Below, piece after piece: positions 55,911-61,360 of a stretch of DNA of 61,360 bases. The stretch covers positions 1 through 61,360 of the forward strand of contig JAKAIC010000001.1 of assembly GCA_021814565.1 (NCBI GenBank). Reading direction: 5' to 3'. The position numbers were made by a program, and so were the translations under genes. The notes beneath the pieces were generated by a model. The model did no database searches. It worked only from the letters and a program-made list of their open reading frames with translations, and was not told where the DNA came from. Within the stretch, counting starts at the first letter, position 1; each line of letters starts with the position of its first letter. The DNA comes from Actinomycetes bacterium (GTDB lineage: Bacteria > Actinomycetota > Actinomycetes > S36-B12 > UBA5976).

Positions 55911-56791
55911 GGCTGACACATCGGCACGGCCTTCCCTTGGGACGCGTGTCAGTGAGCAGTTGGTGCGCACGCACGCGAGGTGGCAATTCGCAGGGTCCAG
56001 ACGGCTTTCCGGGCGCAGTGGGCTATTGAATGGTCTTGATCGTCGGTTGGTCGACTCGACTGATGTGACAGAGACAGAGACTTCGGCGTGACATTGTGCG
56101 TGTCACACCGAAGTCACATGTGACACCGCACCGCCGTGTGTCGGAGCGAAGTCTCGCGAGGATGCGACAACAGGGGGCATCCGCTTGAAGCGACTTCGAA
56201 GTTCCGCGCGGCGTTGCGGCCGCGGTCGCAACCTCGTCATCAAGGCCGCAACCTCACCACTCTGAGCCCGGCTATCGGCGGCGACATGCTCGGCGCAGTG
56301 GCGGGCAACGCTGGGCCAGCCGCCCATTGGGTTCCGCTGATCCCGAAAGTCGCCAAGGGCGTCGACCGGCGGCCTTCGACCGTCCGCCTCTGGCAGCGAC
56401 GCGGCACGGTCCGCGCCCCGTCGACGGATGTCTGCGGAGCTTTTCGATGGGGGTGGTCATCGAGTGCAGGGCACAGGACACGCGGTGTCCCATGTCCGCG
56501 ACGAGCAGTGACGAGCCGAGCACCACGTGGGTCTTCGCTCGGGAATGCGGCCGATGGCGTGCGGCCCACCGCCATAGCAACAGCCCACGCAACACGCGTG
56601 GCTGCGCTCCTGCTCCGACGAGGATCCGCGATCGTCACGCCTCGACCCAGACCATCGGCTACGCGGCGATGCCGCGCATTTGCGCGGGCGGGCGACGCTG
56701 GCTTTGCGGGTGCAGTACCGACGCACCTTTCGTGGCCGCGCCGGTTGGCGCCGGAGACGAGCCGACTACGGGGAGATGGCATCCTTGAAGC

Positions 56792-57499
56792 ATGAGCGAT
56801 CTCATCGATACGACGGAGATGTTCCTGAAGGCGATCTACGAGTTGAATGAAGTGGGTGCGCCCGCCATGCGCGCGCGACTCGCGGAGCGACTCGACCAGG
56901 CGGTCCCGACCGTCTCCCAGACCATCGCCCGCATGGAGCGTGAGGGTCTGGTGTCATTGGATGAGGATCGCCATGTGGTGCTCACCGCGCTGGGCGCGTT
57001 GCGTGCGACGTCGGTGCTGCGCAAGCACCGTATGGCCGAGCGACTGCTGCACGACGTGCTCAATCTGGAGTGGGCCAAATGCCACGACGAGGCCTGCCGC
57101 TGGGAGCACGTGATCACCGATGAGGCGGAACTGCTCATCGCCCGTTTGCTGCCGACCCTGGCTGCCGATCCGTACGGCAACCCCATTCCCGGCCTGGAAC
57201 TCCTGGGGCTGGCGCGTGCATCGAAGACGGCTGCGAAGGTGGCATTGTCCGACGCGGTGAGCGCGGATGAAGCCGAGTTCCAGTTGGCGTCCATCGGTGA
57301 AGTCGCGCAGGCGCGGCCACAGTTCCTGTGCACGTTGGCAGACGCGGGCATCGGCATCGGCTCCACGATCACAGTGCATCGCACCGCTGGTGTCTTGACG
57401 ATGGCTGGCGCCGCGGCGGGGGCGCGAGTGGAACTCGATCGGCATTTGGCCGAGCAGATCTTCGTCGTGGCCGGCAAGCACCGACGCCGGGCCGGGTGA
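56792..57499 (+). CDS. ideR: Iron-dependent repressor, DtxR/IdeR family
   Basis: DTTEMFLKAIYEL...VSQTIARMEREGLV...LRKHRMAERLL...HDEACRWEHV plus an SH3-like C-terminal domain. Confidence 0.9.
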   Translation: MSDLIDTTEMFLKAIYELNEVGAPAMRARLAERLDQAVPTVSQTIARMEREGLVSLDEDRHVVLTALGALRATSVLRKHRMAERLLHDVLNLEWAKCHDEACRWEHVITDEAELLIARLLPTLAADPYGNPIPGLELLGLARASKTAAKVALSDAVSADEAEFQLASIGEVAQARPQFLCTLADAGIGIGSTITVHRTAGVLTMAGAAAGARVELDRHLAEQIFVVAGKHRRRAG

Positions 57500-57539
57500 A
57501 GCAAGCGCGGTCGATTTGACGACACACAGCTCCATCTAG

Positions 57540-57558
57540 TTAGGTAAGCCTTACCTTA
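57540..57558. promoter_or_regulatory. IdeR/DtxR iron box
   Basis: TTAGGTAAGCCTTACCTTA versus the DtxR/IdeR consensus TTAGGTTAGCCTAACCTAA (16/19). Core AGGTAAG-C-CTTACCT is palindromic. Lies 20 nt upstream of the FTR1 start. Confidence 0.75.
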
Positions 57559-57577
57559 CTGACTTGATGGAGACTGC

Positions 57578-58399
57578 ATGTTCGCCAACTTCCTGATCGG
57601 ACTACGCGAAGGCCTGGAGGCCACGCTGCTGGTGAGCATCCTGCTCGCCTACCTGGTGAAGACCGGCCGCACCGACGCCCGTCGGGCGCTGTGGACGGGT
57701 GTGGTGCTCGCCGCAGGATTGAGCCTTGGCTTCGCCGCCCTGCTCACCTTCGGCATCTCCGATCTCTCCGAGGAGGCGCAGGAGGCCGTCGGTGGCGCCC
57801 TGTCGGTGATCGCCGTGGGATTCGTCACCTGGATGGTGTTCTGGATGAAACGCACGGCGCGCGACCTCCGCAGCAGCCTGCATGGGCAACTCGACACCGC
57901 CTTCGGCGTCGGCAATCGCGCCATCGCCGTGGTGGCCTTCCTGGCGGTAGCCCGCGAAGGCCTGGAGACCGCACTGTTCATTTGGGCCTCCATCCGCTCG
58001 GCCGGTTCGGGTGCGGCACCTTCGTCTGGCGCCGCCCTTGGCCTGGCCGCCGCGGTGATCCTCGGATGGGGCTTCTATCGCGGGGCCGTGAACCTGGACC
58101 TGCGCAAGTTCTTCACTTGGACCGGAGCCGCCCTCGTGGTGGTGGCGGCCGGAGTGCTCGCCAATGCGGTCCTCGACCTGCAAGCCGCCGGAGTCCTGCC
58201 CTGGCCCAACAGCCTGGCATTCGACGCCTCCGCCATCCTGCCCCTGGAGAGCTGGTACGGCTCGCTCGTCAAGGGCATCTTCAACATCTCAGCGACACCG
58301 TCCTGGCTGGCAGTCGCATCCTGGTTCGCCTACCTCGTACCCGTGATGGCCATGTTCCTGCGCGCACCATCGCCGGCCCGCGTCGACGCCAGGCACTGA
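57578..58399 (+). CDS. FTR1/EfeU-family high-affinity iron permease
   Basis: Two REGLE motifs (GLREGLEATL and VAREGLETAL) and seven hydrophobic segments. Confidence 0.85.
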   Translation: MFANFLIGLREGLEATLLVSILLAYLVKTGRTDARRALWTGVVLAAGLSLGFAALLTFGISDLSEEAQEAVGGALSVIAVGFVTWMVFWMKRTARDLRSSLHGQLDTAFGVGNRAIAVVAFLAVAREGLETALFIWASIRSAGSGAAPSSGAALGLAAAVILGWGFYRGAVNLDLRKFFTWTGAALVVVAAGVLANAVLDLQAAGVLPWPNSLAFDASAILPLESWYGSLVKGIFNISATPSWLAVASWFAYLVPVMAMFLRAPSPARVDARH

Positions 58400-58590
58400 G
58401 GTTCTGGGCTCTTGGCTGTCGGCCGCGTCGACGACGTTCCGGCGTCGACGCTTGTTCCGAAGACTGTCGGCAGCCGATCAGGGGTTCGCGCGTCAAGGCC
58501 CAAGTAGGCATCGGCGACCCTCGTCACATGAGTTGTCAGCGGGCCCTGATCGAGCATGCCAAGTCTGACCAGCAGGCATTATTCAGGCGG

Positions 58591-59706
58591 CTAGTGCTCG
58601 GATTGGATCGGTAGGGTCAATGTGAAGGTGGCACCCTGTGCCAGACCTTCCGACGACACGGTTAGTGAGCCGCCATGGGCGTGCGCGATCTCCCTCGCGA
58701 TGGTGAGACCAACCCCGGACCCTTTCGACCGCCTGGTGGCGCCAGGTGCGCGGTAGAAGCGCTCGAACACCCGCGTGAGATCCTCGGCGTTCAGGCCGAC
58801 ACCGTTGTCCTGTACGCGAATCGTGGCGTTCTGGGCATCGTGTTGGATGTCGATCGTGACGCTTCCTCCAGGCGGGGTGGCCACGAGTGCATTGCCGAGA
58901 AGGTTCGTCACCACTTGCGTGATGCGATCGGGGTCCACGGATGCTCGCACGGCAGGTGTGGTGCCGACCACCAGTCGAACTTGCCCGTCGTCGAACTGGG
59001 GCGCCAGTCTCGTGGCTGCCGCGCGTACGAGGGCCACGAGGTCCGTCGGCCCGAGCTTCAGGTCGAAGCGTTGCTCCTGTGCGCGCGAAAGCGCCGATAG
59101 GTCATCGGCCAACCGTTGCAACCGTCGGAGCTCGGCTGTAAGCGCATCCAGCGTTGCTGGATCGGGCGAGAAGACGCCATCGATCATGCCTTCCACGTAA
59201 CCATCCAGTGTTGTCAATGGCGTGCGCATCTCGTGTGCCACGTCACCCAGAAGTCTCGTGCGACGCTGTTCCGTCGCTGCCAAGTTCGCGGCGAGGGTGT
59301 TCACATCGGCCGCGAGTGCCGCCATCTCGGGTTCGCGGGGTAGCGGCACGCGCCACAGGTACTCGCCGTCCGCTATGCGCCGCGTCGCCTGCCGAACCGC
59401 GGTCAGCGGTTGCATCAGCCGCCGCGTCACCAGCAGGGCTGCTCCTCCCGCGATGAGCAGTGCCACTGCCATTCCGATGAGGAGGGCCCCGTTGAGTGAG
59501 GACGTGTAGGCGGCGCGCACGCTCTGTGCATTGGCGCTGCCGCCCATCATTGACCAGTCACCGCTCGTCATGCCCGCCATCATCGACATCTGCGCTTCGA
59601 ACAGACGTGGGGCGAGCAGGCGCGTGGTTGCGAACGCCGTCGCCGCACCAGCGATGACTACGGCTACGTATGAGAGATAGAGACGTGCCGGCAGTCGGAG
59701 GGTCAT
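58591..59706 (-). CDS. Sensor histidine kinase (two TM helices, HAMP, HisKA, HATPase)
   Basis: HEMRTPLT H-box, NLLGNAL N-box, DNGVGL, GSGVGLTI. Short Met-rich extracytoplasmic loop. Confidence 0.9.
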   Translation of the reverse strand: MTLRLPARLYLSYVAVVIAGAATAFATTRLLAPRLFEAQMSMMAGMTSGDWSMMGGSANAQSVRAAYTSSLNGALLIGMAVALLIAGGAALLVTRRLMQPLTAVRQATRRIADGEYLWRVPLPREPEMAALAADVNTLAANLAATEQRRTRLLGDVAHEMRTPLTTLDGYVEGMIDGVFSPDPATLDALTAELRRLQRLADDLSALSRAQEQRFDLKLGPTDLVALVRAAATRLAPQFDDGQVRLVVGTTPAVRASVDPDRITQVVTNLLGNALVATPPGGSVTIDIQHDAQNATIRVQDNGVGLNAEDLTRVFERFYRAPGATRRSKGSGVGLTIAREIAHAHGGSLTVSSEGLAQGATFTLTLPIQSEH

Positions 59707-60389
59707 GAGGGGGTACCAGTGAACCGGTAGCCGACGCCGCGTACCGTGGCGATGAAAAGCGGGTTGTTGGCGTCGTCGCCAAGTTGACCGCGCAGATTGC
59801 GAATGTGGACGTCCACGACGCGATCATCCCCGTAGAAATCGAATCCCCACACTTGCTGCAACAGTTGCTGCCGGGAGAAGACACGGCCTGGCGAACTGGC
59901 CAGAGCAACCAGGAGTTCGAACTCGAGCGCGCTGAGTTCGGTGGGTGCGCCGCGAACCTCAAGCGTGTGCGCATCGAGGTCAATCGTGAGGTTCGTGAAG
60001 TGCATTTGGTTGTGGTGTTCTGCGACCGCCCGCTGCCGGCGCAGGATTGTGCGGACTCGTGCCACTACTTCGCGTGGGCTGAATGGCTTGGTGATGTAGT
60101 CATCGGCTCCCACGCCAAGGCCGACGAGCTTGTCCACTTCCTCGGCCTTTGCGGTGACCAGGATGACGAACACGTCGCTGAAGGTGCGCAACTGTCGGAG
60201 CGTCTCCAGTCCGTCCGTGCCCGGCATCATCACATCGAGGAGTACAAGGTCTGGCTCAGACTGGCGAACCGCCTGCACTGCGGAGGCGCCTGAATCAGCT
60301 TCGGTGACCGCGAAGCCGTCCGCTTCGAGGTAGCCACGCAACACGGCACGGATGCTCGGCTCGTCGTCGACGACCAGGACGCTGCGCAT
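59703..60389 (-). CDS. OmpR/PhoB-family response regulator
   Basis: VLVVDDEPSI, LLDVMMPGTDG, KPF, and a C-terminal winged helix (VRGVGYRF). Confidence 0.9.
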   Translation of the reverse strand: MRSVLVVDDEPSIRAVLRGYLEADGFAVTEADSGASAVQAVRQSEPDLVLLDVMMPGTDGLETLRQLRTFSDVFVILVTAKAEEVDKLVGLGVGADDYITKPFSPREVVARVRTILRRQRAVAEHHNQMHFTNLTIDLDAHTLEVRGAPTELSALEFELLVALASSPGRVFSRQQLLQQVWGFDFYGDDRVVDVHIRNLRGQLGDDANNPLFIATVRGVGYRFTGTPS

Positions 60390-60463
60390 TCACCCTCCAA
60401 ATCGATCAGTGCCGGCAAGGGTGTGGGGCGTCTGCTGGTTCAGGCGCCCCACACCCGTCTTGC

Positions 60464-61024
60464 TCAGTATGAGTTACCCCAGTTGCCGCCCATCATGCCG
60501 CGGAATCCGGAGCCGTTTGTGCCAGAAGCGTGCTTCGCATTGAGCATGACGGTAACGGAGGCGCGCATGTGCGCGAGCATGCTGGACCTCTGCGAGGCGG
60601 TCAGCGAGCCTCCGTCAAGGTACTGCTGCATGCCGCGCAACATGATGTCCTTCAATCCGCTGACACTCTTGCCCTGGCTGGCCGCAATGTCGGCGAGGGA
60701 GGATCCGCTACGAAGCTGTGTCAGCAGATCAGCGGTGGGCAGGCCCAGGTAGTCAGCCACCGATGTCATCATGGCGCCACCATTGAGGCCGCCCATCATG
60801 CCCAGGCCGTATCCGTTGCCGGTGCCGCCCATCATGCCGAGGCCGTATCCGTTACCGGTGCCGCCCATCATGCCGAAACCGGTTCGTGAGCCACCCATCA
60901 TGGTGCCCCACGGGTTGTTCGATGAGCTGGTGGCGGCGATGGCGACGCCAGTGCCGGCCGCGAGGACGCCGGCCGTGGCGAGTGCCGCCATGGTGCGCAG
61001 TGCAGCCTTGCGATTCATGTTCAT
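60464..61024 (-). CDS. Secreted Met/Gly-repeat protein
   Basis: Signal peptide MNMNRKAALRTMAALATAGVLAAGTGVAIA, then MMGG-containing repeats (GFGMMGGTGNGYGLGMMGGTGNGYGLGMMGG) and a C-terminal RGMMGGNWG. Confidence 0.7.
   Translation of the reverse strand: MNMNRKAALRTMAALATAGVLAAGTGVAIAATSSSNNPWGTMMGGSRTGFGMMGGTGNGYGLGMMGGTGNGYGLGMMGGLNGGAMMTSVADYLGLPTADLLTQLRSGSSLADIAASQGKSVSGLKDIMLRGMQQYLDGGSLTASQRSSMLAHMRASVTVMLNAKHASGTNGSGFRGMMGGNWGNSY
60791..60905 (-). repeat. 36-bp tandem repeat (two full units plus a degenerate third) encoding GTGNGYGLGMMG
   Basis: 60791..60826 and 60827..60862 differ at 3 positions by eye. A third, degenerate unit follows. Confidence 0.8.
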
Positions 61025-61148
61025 GAGGTCCTGCCTTCGTTGGTCGTGAACTCGATGTCCTCACTGTCGTCCGCTGGTGTGAAGCGTCGAGGTTCGCGGT
61101 TGTGAAGGTCCCATGAAGATCGGCGCGACATGGCGCTGGAAACGTCAT

Positions 61149-61176
61149 GAGGCCCCCGCGGGGCGGCGGGGGCCTC
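61149..61176. terminator. GC hairpin GAGGCCCCCGC-N6-GCGGGGGCCTC
   Basis: 11-bp stem lying between the Met/Gly-repeat gene (60464..61024, -) and the stop of the partial minus-strand CDS at the window edge. Confidence 0.5.
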
Positions 61177-61231
61177 AAGAGCGGCAGCGACGTTCGAGCA
61201 CCTGGTGCGTGGTGCTCGAACGTCGACCGCT

Positions 61232-61360
61232 TCAGCCTGCCAGCACGGAGGTCACCTTTGCCAGCAGGTCCTTGGGTTCCAGCCACATCGACGGGTATTC
61301 GCCGTACCAGCGCTTGATGCCGCTGCTGTCGATGGCGACGAAGCTGTGGCCCGGGAGGCC
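61232..61360 (-). CDS. 3' end of a thioredoxin-fold (TlpA/redoxin-like) gene, truncated by the window edge
   Basis: Reverse translation gives GLPGHSFVAIDSSGIKRWYGEYPSMWLEPKDLLAKVTSVLAG-stop. GxPxxFxIDxxGxI is typical of redoxin C-termini. Confidence 0.4.
   Translation of the reverse strand, partial: GLPGHSFVAIDSSGIKRWYGEYPSMWLEPKDLLAKVTSVLAG

Noticed and set aside
56136-56795. 219-aa + ORF and 180-aa - ORF (56240..56782) upstream of ideR.
   Set aside because: Both are extremely Arg/Pro/Ala-rich mirror ORFs with no motifs. Kept only as an unexplained region in the findings.

Overview
High-GC actinobacterial-type chromosome segment with two accessory regions around a conserved core. Region 1 (1 to ~36.2 kb) is a mosaic island ending at the 3' end of tRNA-Ser(CGA). 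It holds three diverged, same-strand copies of a translationally coupled gene pair: a ~590-aa integrase-fold protein that appears to lack the catalytic residues, plus an IS4-like DDE transposase. A shared ~13-nt terminal motif seems to mark the element ends. An IS21-family element (6-bp target duplication) sits in the junction of two such ends, and an IS3-family element lies just outside another end. Cargo includes: a hydrolase/APH-like kinase/HAD set; a large PIN-like membrane protein; a cluster of PD-(D/E)xK-like protein, TGT-like Zn-motif protein, Hanks kinase and NT5C-like nucleotidase; an XRE+ImmA regulator pair divergent from a multiubiquitin/E2/JAB-E1 operon; and an ArsR-MFS / radical-SAM-methyltransferase cluster. 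That last cluster is followed by an unannotated 18-aa ORF with a strong SD and terminator, a candidate RiPP precursor. The core (36.2-46.7 kb) is tRNA-Ser, LytR_C protein, tRNA-Ser, SRP RNA, dnaX, recR, ask, asd and housekeeping genes. Region 2 starts at tRNA-Pro(CGG): a tyrosine integrase with three C-terminal Xis-like HTH modules, a serine-recombinase-like gene pair and an AbiE toxin-antitoxin with a clear operator. The window ends with ideR plus an iron box, an FTR1 permease, an OmpR-type two-component system and a Met/Gly-repeat secreted protein. No rRNA or CRISPR was seen. All family calls rest on motifs read by eye from the translations.
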